64,000 nt of DNA from Nitrospirota bacterium (GTDB lineage Bacteria; Nitrospirota; UBA9217): assembly GCA_963796285.1 (NCBI GenBank), contig CAWCKW010000012.1, forward strand, positions 1-64,000, read 5' to 3'. Below, in pieces: positions 1 to 10,222 of this stretch; position 1 is the first letter of the stretch, and every line of letters starts with the position of its first letter. A program made the position numbers and the translations under genes. A model generated the notes under the pieces. It saw only the letters and a program-made list of their open reading frames with translations. It was not told the origin of the DNA and searched no databases.

Positions 1-73
1 AGGTCCGAACTTACTGCTAATTCTCCCAGTCGTGCTTCTTCGATCGCGTCGCATCAATGGTAACAAGGAAAAA

Positions 74-608
74 ATGACGAGCTCATCAGAGAATACACTT
101 CCCGTGATCTACCTCAAGACCGGGGAGATCCATTTTTCAGAGCAATCGGCGAGCGTCTATACCGTGCTCGGTTCCTGCCTTGCGGTGACCATGTTTCACC
201 GTCGCCTGGGCATCGGCGCGATTTGTCACGGGGTTTTGCCGGAATGCCTGGAAAAGGAACAGTGCGGCGGCGAATGCCGGAGCCGGGCAAGTACGTGGAT
301 TGCGCCATCCGATGGATGACGAAGCGATTCAAACAACAGAGCGTGTTGCTTCATGAGATCGAGATCAAGGTGTTCGGCGGCGCGGACACGTTCAGCGCGG
401 GCCGGGCGGCAGTGGCGGGATCTGCATCGGGAAGCGGAACGCCGCGATGGCAATGCAGGCGCTCGAGAAGGAAAGCCTCAGCATCCTCTCGATTGATGTG
501 GGTGGTACAACCGGACGAAAATTGTATTTCAATACCCGCACGGGAGAGGTTCTGCTCAAGCGCCTCCAGCCTCGTGTGATCCTGGCAGGCACGAAAGTCA
601 GGGAATGA
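74..608 (+). CDS. cheD: Chemoreceptor glutamine deamidase CheD, split by two frameshifts (~278 and ~410)
   Basis: Frame pieces give YLKTGE..TVLGSCLAV..AICHGVLP / KYVDCAI..EIKVFGGA / IGKRNA..DVGGTTGRKLYFNTRTGEVLLKRL, the full CheD motif set. RBS aagga precedes ATG 74. Indels lie in short C/G runs, so they may be sequencing errors. Confidence 0.85.
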
Positions 609-738
609 TCAATATGATCTGGTTCTTGGCCCCGGATATATCCGTTTGCTGTCACACGAAGGCAGACATTTCACCGGTATGCAATACAGCGAGGGACTGA
701 CAGTTCAATCGGTTCTATAATTTTCTCCAAGGAGGGAC

Positions 739-1566
739 ATGGATACGACAGAGACAGGTACGATTTCCAAAAAAGTGGAAGACTTTCTTCAAGTCTTCCG
801 GAAAGGCGAGGAATTCACCCATGAACTGCTGAAAGAAAATGAGAAGCTCCGGTACAAGATCGTCCAGCTCGAAGGGAGGACCCGGTTTGCCGACCGGGCC
901 GGCAGCGCCCAGCTGAATTCCCTGGAAGAGCGGATCGGTCTCCTCGAAGAAGAGAACAGGACTCTCCTGGACCGGTACCGCCAGGTGGAAGAGGAAAACA
1001 AGGATTTTGCGAACAGGTATGTGGAGGTCGAGACAGAGAACAACAACCTTGCCAACCTCTACGTGGCGAGCTACCAGCTCCATTCCACCCTGGACTTCAA
1101 CGAAAGCCTTAAAATCATTCTTGAAATCGTGATGAATCTCATCGGCGCCGAGGAGTTTTCAATCATGTTGCTCGACGAGAAGTTGAACGAACTTTCGATC
1201 GTGGCCCAGGAGGGGATGGGGCACCAGCCGCGTGCCGCCATCCGGGTCGGCAACGGTATCATCGGCACAGCGATCAAGACCGGCGAAGCATACTACCGGA
1301 AGGGAGATCCTGCCGATGTGACGGATGTGGACTATGCAAACCCGCTCGTCTGCATCCCGCTCAAGATCAAGGAACATGTTATCGGCACGATCGTGATCTA
1401 CAGGCTGCTCATCCAGAAGAGCGAGTTCGCGGCCGTGGACTACGAGCTGTTCTCGATGCTTGCGGGCCATGCGGCAACGGCGCTCTTTTCCTCGAAGCTG
1501 TATTCCGAATCCGAGCGGAAATTGACGACGATTCAGAGCTTCCTTGATCTGATGAAGGAGAAATAA
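739..1566 (+). CDS. Coiled-coil plus GAF domain protein with no output domain
   Basis: Heptad-rich N-terminus (ELLKENEKLRYKIVQLE). C-terminal GAF (LHSTLDF..GIIG..IPLKIKEHVIGTI..LAGHAATAL). RBS ggaggg. Confidence 0.8.
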   Translation: MDTTETGTISKKVEDFLQVFRKGEEFTHELLKENEKLRYKIVQLEGRTRFADRAGSAQLNSLEERIGLLEEENRTLLDRYRQVEEENKDFANRYVEVETENNNLANLYVASYQLHSTLDFNESLKIILEIVMNLIGAEEFSIMLLDEKLNELSIVAQEGMGHQPRAAIRVGNGIIGTAIKTGEAYYRKGDPADVTDVDYANPLVCIPLKIKEHVIGTIVIYRLLIQKSEFAAVDYELFSMLAGHAATALFSSKLYSESERKLTTIQSFLDLMKEK

Positions 1567-1640
1567 CGCCGGCTCCCCGGGACAGAAGAGCGAAGAGCGT
1601 TCTCCGCTGTGGGAAACGAACGATTAATTGGAGGCAAAGG

Positions 1641-2015
1641 ATGAAAAAAGTATTAATCGTTGACGATTCCGCATTGATCCATCAAATGTACAAGATGGTG
1701 CTGATGCGGTACAAATGCACCATCGTGGCTGCGCAGAACGGCCAGACAGGTTTGGACAAGCTCGCGCAGCATCCTGATGTCGACCTTGTGCTGCTCGATA
1801 TCAACATGCCGGTGATGAATGGCTTCGAGTTCATAAAAAAGGTAAAGGAGCTCGGAACGTATGAGCACATTCCGATCGTTATTTCGAGCACCGAAGGAAA
1901 GGAAGCAGATACGGATCGGGGGATTGCGCTCGGCGCACGCGGGTATGTTACAAAGCCCGTTCAACCCAGTGAACTTCATGCGCTCATCGAAGCACTTTTT
2001 GCTGCCTCGCGGTAA
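1641..2015 (+). CDS. Single-domain response regulator (CheY-like)
   Basis: VLIVDDS, LLDINMPVMNG, SST and YVTKP receiver motifs; 124 aa. Confidence 0.9.
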   Translation: MKKVLIVDDSALIHQMYKMVLMRYKCTIVAAQNGQTGLDKLAQHPDVDLVLLDINMPVMNGFEFIKKVKELGTYEHIPIVISSTEGKEADTDRGIALGARGYVTKPVQPSELHALIEALFAASR

Positions 2016-2056
2016 CAACCGGCATGCCTTAACAGGGTGTTGAAGAAAATTATATG

Positions 2057-2201
2057 TGTCTTTACGAGCGAAGTAATCTCGCAGTTCGTATCTGCATTAC
2101 AATCGAGATTGCCGCTCCGCTCCTCGTAATGACAGCAACGGGGACTTTTTTACGAGACAATCAGGATTGTTTTGCTGCAAAAAACGATCCTCTTAACGAC
2201 A
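2057..2201. repeat. Degenerate REP-like palindromic element plus a partial second copy
   Basis: tgtc..acgag..aatctc / gagatt..ctcgtaatgaca inverted arms (2057-2134). The segment 2165-2201 (gattg..aaaacgatcctc..gaca) recurs at 4193-4229. Confidence 0.5.
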
Positions 2202-2235
2202 TAATAAGCGCTATCGTATCAATTTTGGAGGCAAC

Positions 2236-3290
2236 ATGACCGGTTTGCATATATTTAAAAAAAATGGGCCAATTCAAGTATTCAGTGGAATCTGGCTGGT
2301 AGCGCTAACAGCAATGGCAGCGCTTTATGCGACGAATATCCCAATGGTTAAAGCGCTGAGGCTCAACCCATTATTACTTGCGCTTTTAATCGGACTCTTT
2401 TACGGCAATACGTTGAGCTCACAACTCCCAAGTGGCTGGGTACAAGGCGTTAGATATTGCACAAGTTACATTTTGCGACTTGCTATTATTCTATTGGGAT
2501 TTTCTTTTACTTTTCAGGAAATTGCCAGGCAAGGCATGCGCGGCGTTATTGCAGATAGCATCATCGTTACTGGCACTTTGTTCATCGGATATTTCATTGG
2601 CACCAGGCTATTGAAAATGGATCGGGAAATGTCATTAATTTGCAGTATTGGTCCTGCAATATGCGGTGCTTCAGCTGTTCTTGCTGCAGAATCTGTTCTT
2701 CGAACGTCTCACGCCAAAACTGCGGTGGCTGTCGCTACCGTTGCTTTATTTGGAACAATCTCTATGTTCCTCTACCCAGTGATATACGCTTATTTACCAC
2801 ACAACCTTTCGGACGCATCATTTGGTATATACATCGGGTCATCGATTCACGAAGTCCCTCAAGTGATTGCCGCTGGAAATGTGATCAATGCAGCTGTTGC
2901 TCAAACGTCAACAATCGTTAAAATGACCCGCGTTCTTATTCTCGTACCGGTGCTGCTGATAATAGGCTTTATCTGGAAAAAAATACGCACGTCTGCACCC
3001 GATGAAACTATGACGTTAGCCGGGACCAATCAGGCATTGTCCCTTGGTGGGCATTCATATTTGTCGGCGCGGTCGCCTTTAACTCAATGGCATCTATACC
3101 AAGTGCGATAATCTCAGGTATTCATTCAGTGGACATATTTTTGTTGACCATGGCGATGGGTGCAATAGGCATGGAGACAACCAAAGCAAAATTTAAAGAG
3201 GTCGGTGGTAAACCCTTTATCTTGGCTTTTATTCTATTTGTCTGGTTAGTAATGGGTGGATGGGCAATAGCGCTTTATCTTCAAAAATAA
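2236..3290 (+). CDS. YeiH family (putative sulfate exporter family) membrane protein, frameshift near 3000-3035
   Basis: LRLAIILLGF, ICGASAVLA, IGSSIHEVPQV and VKMTRV motifs. The C-terminal part IVPWWAF..LLTMAMGAIGMET is in another frame. AT-rich relative to flanks. Confidence 0.85.
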
Positions 3291-3445
3291 CGCCCAAATA
3301 ATTGCTCTCAAAACTCTCGGTATTATCAGGGACGATCATCAGGGGATAGATCACGGCTTCTCTGATTTATTGTTCTCAAGTAAAGGAATCAATTTACGAG
3401 ACGAAATTGGCAGGTAAAATAACCAGAAAGGAGGTGTTCAAAACC

Positions 3446-3523
3446 ATGGGTGAACGTATTCAAAAGTTCTGCTCAAAGGTAGGATGCGCCCTTTTCTTCT
3501 GTTGTTGCTCGCGGTCACGGTGA
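3446..3523 (+). CDS. Small ORF MGERIQKFCSKVGCALFFCCCSRSR (25 aa), or the 5' end of a frameshifted secreted-protein gene
   Basis: Perfect SD AGAAAGGAGGTG 9 nt before ATG. An overlapping frame reads LLLLLAVTVTANN (signal-peptide-like). Confidence 0.35.
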   Translation: MGERIQKFCSKVGCALFFCCCSRSR

Positions 3524-3933
3524 CAGCGAACAATCATCTGAGTAAATTCGAGCAGGGTAGAAATTCGTACGAAAATGACAATGACAATCAACAACTTGCG
3601 ATGATCGAGAACATGTAACATCCGATACATTCGGTTTGCCACGGGCGGTGGGGTAAGCGTTGCCACAGCCCCTGGCAATTGATTCAAGAAGCAAGTGCAT
3701 GGACAGCTTGGGACAGTTGGGAACAAACACAATCTTGGGGATTGAAGTCGTTGGCATGGTTCTAAGGGGAACTGTTGGGGTGCCTTCATATGATTATCAA
3801 ATCTTCATGCGTTGCATAGATGTCATCAATTGACTGTCATTCCCTATACCATGCATTTGATATCAAGAAATGAACACGGTAAAACTATGAACGGATACGC
3901 TATTTATTCAGAATATTGTGCAAGAGATTTTTA

Positions 3934-4061
3934 GTGCTGGAGCGGCACGTCGCCGAAGTAGCGATTGATGATCAACGCCCTCATCCCGGTCATACGTTTC
4001 TACCGTTCTTTGCTGAGTGCTCGTCCAGATACATCTCAAACAACTCCCGAACGGTCTTGTC
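3934..4061 (-). pseudogene. Degraded tyrosine integrase N-terminal fragment
   Basis: Minus-strand pieces DKTVRELFEMYLDEHSAKN / TYDRDEG / INRYFGDVPLQH resemble the SAM-like domain of phage integrases. Multiple frameshifts. Recognised by eye only. Confidence 0.4.
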
Positions 4062-4180
4062 TCATCAAAAACCCATAAGGCACCGTCCCATGCTTTGCGC
4101 CCAACCCATCATTCCACCGGACCTGCGCGATAAGCCGTGCAGGCCGGTGAATTCAAGCGTTCTCCCCTCAATGCATAACC

Positions 4181-4229
4181 GCAATCTGTTAAGATTGCTT
4201 TGCCGTAGAAAACGATCCTCATAATGACA
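4181..4229. repeat. REP-like palindromic element of the same family as 2057-2201
   Basis: gcaatct-gtta-agattgc...aaaacgatcctcataatgaca. Confidence 0.45.
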
Positions 4230-4311
4230 AAATAGGCTTTTTTTAACTGCCTCTTAAGGACGCCGAAGACGACACGACCCGTGCAGTAAGTACTCCGGCC
4301 CCCTTCCTTCG

Positions 4312-4344
4312 GACAGGTTGTCTTTGCCTTGAGACAGGTTGTCT
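4312..4344. promoter_or_regulatory. Tandem palindromic sites, candidate enhancer (UAS) for a sigma54 activator
   Basis: GACAGGTTGTCT occurs at 4312-4323 and 4333-4344 (21 bp period). Each is a GACA-N3-TGTC dyad, 55-85 bp upstream of a -24/-12 element. Confidence 0.55.
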
Positions 4345-4397
4345 ATCAAATAAGACTTTTAACTATCGCAGGATACTGAAATATTGTACATTTTTAG

Positions 4398-4414
4398 TTG
4401 GCATTGCTTTTGCA
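4398..4414 (+). promoter_or_regulatory. Sigma54 (-24/-12) promoter
   Basis: TTGGCATTGCTTTTGCA has GG-N10-GC spacing and matches the TGGCA-N6-TTGC consensus. It lies upstream of the rhodanese-MCP cluster. Confidence 0.7.
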
Positions 4415-4570
4415 ATTGTTCGTATCGAAGCGAAAGGAGGGATTGCCGGAAACTCTTAGTGATAGTCGTTGTTTGCATTTTTTAACTGAAATGTTTCTAT
4501 TGCGGTGTAAGGCACACTAAACATGAACAAAAAACAGGAGGATAGAATGAGAAAAGAAGAGGAAGGTAAT

Positions 4571-5377
4571 ATGAAAAAAATAGCAGCGGTAGTTGTAACA
4601 GCACTTTTTCTGGTGACATTGCTGAATATGGCCAGCCCGGTGGGAGCTCAGGACTATCCATTACGGGCGCAATATCCCACTGTTAAACCCATCGATACGA
4701 ATGAGTTGACGGCAGCGTATGGAAAGGCAATTATTATTGACGCAAGAAATTCGGCGGAGTATGACGTTATACAGATTGCCAATGCAAAAAACCTCCTGGT
4801 AGGGAAAATGACTGAAACAGATCTCCTGAAATTACGGCCGAAAAATGACAGCACGCTGCTGGTATTCTACTGCAACGGTGTCACCTGTCCGAAGAGCTAC
4901 AAGGCAGCGGAGGATGCGGTGAAATGGGGATTTCAGTCAGTACGGTGTTATGACGCGGGCATATTCGCGTGGGCAAGAATGAATCCCGACAAAACCAAAT
5001 ATTTTGGCGAAGTATTAACTTCTGCCAAACTGCATACGGCTTTGATCTCCGACAGCCAGTTTAAAAGTGTTCTCCTGCCCCCCAAAGAATTTGTCAGCAG
5101 AAGCAAGTCCGGAGAATATACGGTAATCGATATTCGCGATCCGAATGAACGAAGCGAGACACAATTCGGCCTGCCGAAGATGAAGGTTATGTCGTTCGAT
5201 ACGGTCGTGGACCTTGTCAAGAAGCGCAGCAAGGCGATTCCGACGTCCAATCTGTTGTTTGTCGATAACGTCGGGAAACAGGTGCAGTGGCTTCAATACT
5301 ATCTGAAGCAGGCCGGTTTCACGAACTATTTCTTTGCGGAAGGCGGCGTGTTGAAATTAAAGAAGGAAGGTTTTTAG
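4571..5377 (+). CDS. Exported tandem-rhodanese-domain protein
   Basis: Sec signal MKKIAAVVVTALFLV..VGA. Domain 1 has IIDAR..FYCNGVTCPKS..YDAG. Domain 2 has VIDIR..FVDNVG..AEGG, with Asp in place of the catalytic Cys. Confidence 0.85.
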   Translation: MKKIAAVVVTALFLVTLLNMASPVGAQDYPLRAQYPTVKPIDTNELTAAYGKAIIIDARNSAEYDVIQIANAKNLLVGKMTETDLLKLRPKNDSTLLVFYCNGVTCPKSYKAAEDAVKWGFQSVRCYDAGIFAWARMNPDKTKYFGEVLTSAKLHTALISDSQFKSVLLPPKEFVSRSKSGEYTVIDIRDPNERSETQFGLPKMKVMSFDTVVDLVKKRSKAIPTSNLLFVDNVGKQVQWLQYYLKQAGFTNYFFAEGGVLKLKKEGF

Positions 5378-5452
5378 ACACCACTACCCTCCCCCCGAAC
5401 CGGCGTCCGGGGGGAGGCCGCAGGAATGCGTGCTAAGTGAGAGAACAAAGAA

Positions 5453-7156
5453 ATGAAAGGAGCTGACATGACGATTCGGAAAAAGTTTCATGCCTTCGCA
5501 GGGATTGTCGGTGTTGTCCTGCTGACTGCAATCCTGATAGCCTTTTTTATGACCCATACTCTGATAAAGGCAAATGAAGATATGTATCAGAATGCAACGC
5601 AAGGCATTGAACGGATCAGTTTTGTTGAGGAGGACCTGAATAAGGTCAGGATTCAGGAAATTCTTTCGGTCACCTATGGAGCATTGGGTCAGGTTGATAA
5701 GATCGTGGAACTGGAAGGGAAAATCAACGAAATAATGCCCCAGCTTGTCGAAAAAATATCACAGCTGAATATCGGGAAGCAGGACAAGGAGGATCTCACG
5801 AAGGAGCTCCAGAATTATCTGGAGCAACAGAAAGCGTCCTTAGAAAACTCCAAGGGCTTTTACATTGATGGAGCCATACACAATATAACGGAAAAGTCTC
5901 AGGTGCCGTTTTCTGCTGTCAGGAAAGGGCTAGAAGACATAAAGGCCGGGAAAGTAAAGGACGCGCTCGAACAGAACAGGCAGGCGGTGCGGTATGCAAC
6001 CATCGGCAGGATATTGCTGGGTGTATTGATCGTCATCGCCGTTGCTCTTATTGTCGGGACGGTGTTCTTCATCAAAGTGATAATGAAGCCCCTGAATCTG
6101 ATGCTGGCTTTTATTCAGAAGATCGGAGAAGGCGATTTAAGTGCTACCGTCACAGTTGAATCGAAGGATGAGATCGGCATTATCGTTAGTGCGATGAAGG
6201 CGATGGTAGAGAAGCTGCAAACCGTTGTGATCGACGTCAAGGCTGCTGCCAATAACGTAGAGTCCGGGAGCCAGCAGCTCTCAGCCTCGTCCGAAGAGAT
6301 GTCCCAGGGGACGACCGAGCAGGCGGCGTCCGCAGAAGAGGCGTCATCTTCGGTCGAAGAGATGAATGCCACGATCAAACAGAACGCCGACAATGCCCAG
6401 CAAACGGAGAAGATCGCGCTCAAATCAGCAGATGATGCCGCGGAGAGCGGGAAGGCCGTGTCCGAGGCGGTGATTGCCATGAAGAACATCGCGGAGAAGA
6501 TCTCGATCATTGAAGAGATCGCGCGCCAGACGAACCTGCTGGCCCTGAACGCGGCCATCGAGGCAGCCCGCGCCGGTGAGCACGGCAAGGGCTTTGCCGT
6601 GGTCGCCGCCGAAGTGCGGAAGCTTGCGGAGCGGAGCCAAGTTGCCGCCGGAGAGATCAGCCAGCTGTCCGGCTCGAGCGTTGAGGTTGCCGAGCGGGCG
6701 GGGTCCATGCTTGCTAAGGTCGTGCCGGACATCCGGAAGACTGCTGAACTGGTGCAGGAGATCAGCGCGGCGTCGAAGGAGCAGGCAAGCGGTGCGGACC
6801 AGATCAACGGGTCGATCCAGCAGCTGAATCAGGTAGTCCAGCAGAACGCCGAGGCAGCCGAAGAGATGTCCTCCACGGCGGAAGAGCTGTCTTCCCAGGC
6901 CAAGCAGCTTCAGAGCACGATCTCGTTCTTTAAGGTCGATGGGGCAGACAGACTGGCGACTACTAGGGTGGGAACCGGGGTGACAAAACAAAGCAAGCCA
7001 AGTCATCCGGTCCATGTTGCCCATGTTTTCCCGGCAGCGAAACCGGCTGCGACCGGGGTGCTTGCGACGTATAAAGGTGTTGCTCTGAACCTGAAGACCG
7101 ACGGGCCCGGCAGGGGAAACGGCGACGGCAGGGACGCAGAGTTCGAGCGGTTTTAG
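5453..7156 (+). CDS. Methyl-accepting chemotaxis protein (periplasmic helical sensor, HAMP)
   Basis: Two TM helices, HAMP (KDEIG), [30 protein letters not shown] and C-terminal pentapeptide EFERF. Confidence 0.95.
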   Translation: MKGADMTIRKKFHAFAGIVGVVLLTAILIAFFMTHTLIKANEDMYQNATQGIERISFVEEDLNKVRIQEILSVTYGALGQVDKIVELEGKINEIMPQLVEKISQLNIGKQDKEDLTKELQNYLEQQKASLENSKGFYIDGAIHNITEKSQVPFSAVRKGLEDIKAGKVKDALEQNRQAVRYATIGRILLGVLIVIAVALIVGTVFFIKVIMKPLNLMLAFIQKIGEGDLSATVTVESKDEIGIIVSAMKAMVEKLQTVVIDVKAAANNVESGSQQLSASSEEMSQGTTEQAASAEEASSSVEEMNATIKQNADNAQQTEKIALKSADDAAESGKAVSEAVIAMKNIAEKISIIEEIARQTNLLALNAAIEAARAGEHGKGFAVVAAEVRKLAERSQVAAGEISQLSGSSVEVAERAGSMLAKVVPDIRKTAELVQEISAASKEQASGADQINGSIQQLNQVVQQNAEAAEEMSSTAEELSSQAKQLQSTISFFKVDGADRLATTRVGTGVTKQSKPSHPVHVAHVFPAAKPAATGVLATYKGVALNLKTDGPGRGNGDGRDAEFERF

Positions 7157-7253
7157 TCCCAATGCACGATGCACAATCCTCGGTGAAAAGCTCGTTCTCC
7201 CGCGCATCCTGTATCAGCAGAGATCATGAATCGACTAACGTACGGAGGTTACG

Positions 7254-7763
7254 ATGAGTACAGCAGGGATCATGGAAGCAACGCAGTATTTGACGTTTAA
7301 ACTCGACCGCGAGATCTTCGCCCTCGATATCACCAAAGTGCGCGAGGTGCTCGACTTCACGTCCATCACCAAGGTGCCCCGTACGCCGCCGTTCATGCGG
7401 GGCGTGATCAACCTCCGGGGGAGCGTGGTGCCCGTGGTCGATCTCCGTCTGAAGTTTGGAATGCCGAAGACGGAGCAGACAGTGAACACCTGCATTATCA
7501 TCACCGAGGTAACGGTAGATGGGGACATCACAATCCTCGGGGCGCTCGCTGACTCCGTGCAGGAGGTGCTGGACATCGGCTCTGGGCACATCGAGCCCGC
7601 GCCGAAGATCGGGACGAAGCTCCGGACGGATTTCATCAAGGGCATGGGCAAGCATAACGACCGGTTCGTCCTCATCCTGGACATTGACAAGGTTTTCTCC
7701 ACCGATGAGCTGGCAGTGGTGCAGGCGGAGCAGGCAGCCCCCACCGGCAACCAAGAGAGTTAA
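7254..7763 (+). CDS. cheW: Chemotaxis coupling protein CheW
   Basis: QYLTFKL..KVREV..GVINLRGSVVPVVDLR. Confidence 0.95.
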   Translation: MSTAGIMEATQYLTFKLDREIFALDITKVREVLDFTSITKVPRTPPFMRGVINLRGSVVPVVDLRLKFGMPKTEQTVNTCIIITEVTVDGDITILGALADSVQEVLDIGSGHIEPAPKIGTKLRTDFIKGMGKHNDRFVLILDIDKVFSTDELAVVQAEQAAPTGNQES

Positions 7764-8100
7764 GTCCCGGCATTGTCCAGCGCATACCATGTTTCTAAGA
7801 GGAGGAGCAATCAAAGAAAAGGGTTCTCCCTATGCCAAAATCAATAACTCCAATGGGAGGTTTTTCTTTAGGAAACTCCGCATCGTCTTCTACGGGATAA
7901 AATGTAAATGCATGGCACATGACCGGAACCCGAAGATGACTAGAACGGATCTGATCGAGGCGAAGGGCGCAGACGGAAAATACATACTAAATAAACGCGT
8001 TGAGAGCGCGTCGCGAGAGCGTCTGACTGTGAAGAATAGCGGGAATTGTAAACCATTGAATTAGAGACACCGGCACAGGGGCAGATGCAAGGAAGGCGTT

Positions 8101-9792
8101 ATGCTGACCAGATCATTGAAAATAAAAGACATGCCGGTAAGGTGGAAGGTAACAATCCCAATCATCCTAATTGTAACTGTTGGGATATTAATCATGGGTT
8201 TGGTTGCCGGCGATAAGTCAATGGAGATTGTGATTGATGGAGCGAAAACGACAGCGCTCAATGGGTATCGGGACACCGTGCTAAATACCCTAACTACCAT
8301 GATGATCACGGGAAATATCAAAGAGGCAAAGGCTCCATTCTTCGAACAGATGGGTCATATAATTGACCTCAGGGTAATAAGGGCGGAAGCCCTTGATAAA
8401 GACTTTGGAAAGGGTGCTCCTGGTGAGTATCCAAAAGATGATATTGAAAAAGAAGTCATAGAAAAAGGCAAAGAGAAGGTTGTGCTTGAAGGTGAATATA
8501 TCCGGGGCATCTATCCATATATAGGGAGTGCAAATGTGATGGGTAGAAACTGCCTTAGATGTCATACTGTAAAAGACGGAACAGTCCTCGGTGCCGTAAG
8601 CATAAAAATGCCTTTAAGCGAGTTACTGGGCAAGTCCAGATCGTTGAGGACTTTTCTTTTCTTGGTAGGGGGCATAGGAATACTTTTGTTGACTGGGGCT
8701 GTGGTGATAATGGTCAGAGCGACACTTTTGCCCTTATCTGTATTAACCAAAAAAGCGGAAGAGATTGCCAGTGGAAACCTCGAAGTAACCATAGATCATG
8801 AGGGCAAAGATGAGATCGGTCAACTTGCCGGTGCACTCAATTCAATGGTAGCCAAGTTAAAAGAGGTTGTGACAGAGGTGATGGCCGCAATCGACAATGT
8901 GGCCTCAGGCAGCCAGCAGCTTTCATCCGGTGCGGAGCAGCTTTCGCAGGGGGCGACCGAGCAGGCGGCGAACGCGGAAGAGGCCTCATCATCGGTTGAG
9001 GAAATAGACGCAACGATTCGGCAGAATGCGGACAACGCTTTACAGACCGAGAAGATCGCCCAGACGAGCGCGAACGACGCGATCGAGAGCGGCAAGGCGG
9101 TGAGTGACGCGGTTATTGCCATGAAGACGATCGCCGAAAAGATCGGCATCATCGAAGAGATCGCGCGCCAGACCAACCTGCTGGCCCTGAACGCGGCGAT
9201 CGAGGCTGCCCGGGCAGGCGAGCACGGCAAGGGTTTTGCCGTCGTAGCCGCGGAAGTGCGGAAGCTCGCCGAGCGGAGCCAGACCGCGGCAGGAGAGATC
9301 AGCCATCTGTCGGCTTCGAGCGTAGATGTTGCCGAGAAAGCCGGCCACATGCTGGTCAAGCTCGTACCGGATATCCAGAAGACGTTGGGACTCGTTCAGG
9401 AGATCAGCGCTTCCTCCAAGGAGCAGACCTCGGGCGCGGACCAGATCAACAGCGCGATTCAGCAGCTCAATCAGGTGATCCAGCAGAACGCAGGTTCTGC
9501 CGAGGAACTGGCTTCTACGGCGGAAGAGCTGTCGTCCCAGGCCGAACAGTTGCAGAGTACCATCGCATTCTTCAAAATTGGTGATACAGCGGAACAGGCA
9601 ACGCGAAGGACAGCGCCGTCACCAATGAACCTTGGCCGCATTGCTCCCATTGGCCAGGGCGGACAAATAACCAAGCAGGCGATACTCTCGACGCATAAAG
9701 GTGTAGTCCTGAGCATGGCACGTAACGGCAACGGCAATGGCAATGGCAATGGAGACGGTGATAGCAGAGACGTGGAGTTTGAAAAATTCTAG
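8101..9792 (+). CDS. Methyl-accepting chemotaxis protein with a periplasmic c-type heme sensor
   Basis: CLRCH heme-binding motif between the two TM helices, HAMP, MCP signalling domain and C-terminal EFEKF. Confidence 0.92.
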   Translation: MLTRSLKIKDMPVRWKVTIPIILIVTVGILIMGLVAGDKSMEIVIDGAKTTALNGYRDTVLNTLTTMMITGNIKEAKAPFFEQMGHIIDLRVIRAEALDKDFGKGAPGEYPKDDIEKEVIEKGKEKVVLEGEYIRGIYPYIGSANVMGRNCLRCHTVKDGTVLGAVSIKMPLSELLGKSRSLRTFLFLVGGIGILLLTGAVVIMVRATLLPLSVLTKKAEEIASGNLEVTIDHEGKDEIGQLAGALNSMVAKLKEVVTEVMAAIDNVASGSQQLSSGAEQLSQGATEQAANAEEASSSVEEIDATIRQNADNALQTEKIAQTSANDAIESGKAVSDAVIAMKTIAEKIGIIEEIARQTNLLALNAAIEAARAGEHGKGFAVVAAEVRKLAERSQTAAGEISHLSASSVDVAEKAGHMLVKLVPDIQKTLGLVQEISASSKEQTSGADQINSAIQQLNQVIQQNAGSAEELASTAEELSSQAEQLQSTIAFFKIGDTAEQATRRTAPSPMNLGRIAPIGQGGQITKQAILSTHKGVVLSMARNGNGNGNGNGDGDSRDVEFEKF

Positions 9793-9883
9793 AGAAGCCA
9801 GGCCAGGGATAGCACTAAGACCGCGGTTCTCAGGGAATCCGGAACTCCGACCGTTGACTCCAAGCGTGGCAGAGATACACGTG

Positions 9884-10110
9884 ATGACACGGTATCTGAC
9901 CTGTAAAACGGGAGACGAGGTTTTTGCCCTCGACATCACGAAAGTGCGCGAGGTGCTCGATGTCACGACCATCAATAAGGTGCCGAGGACGCCGGCGTTC
10001 ATGCGCGGCATGATCGACCTCCCGGGAAGCGTGGTGCCGTGGTGGACCTCCGGCACGTGTTCGGGATGAGCAGGACGGAGCAGATAATGAACACCTGCAC
10101 CGGGCAGTAA
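9884..10110 (+). pseudogene. cheW: Truncated, frameshifted cheW copy
   Basis: MTRYLT..FALDITKVREVLD..KVPRTPAFMRG closely matches cheW at 7254. Frameshift near 10038 and 3' half missing. Confidence 0.85.
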
Positions 10111-10222
10111 TCAGTATCACGGTTTGACATCTGATGAGCATTAGCGTGACGCATGAGCCTGTGAACAGGCACCGTACCCGGTCGCTGTCCACTCTTTTCG
10201 GATACCTGAAAGTAATCATACT

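Noticed and set aside
3521-3541. Selenocysteine read-through of the small Cys-rich ORF
   Set aside because: No recognisable SECIS hairpin, and another TGA follows after five codons.
7913-7930. Second sigma54 promoter (TGGCAC) upstream of MCP2
   Set aside because: No TTGC -12 element at the required spacing.
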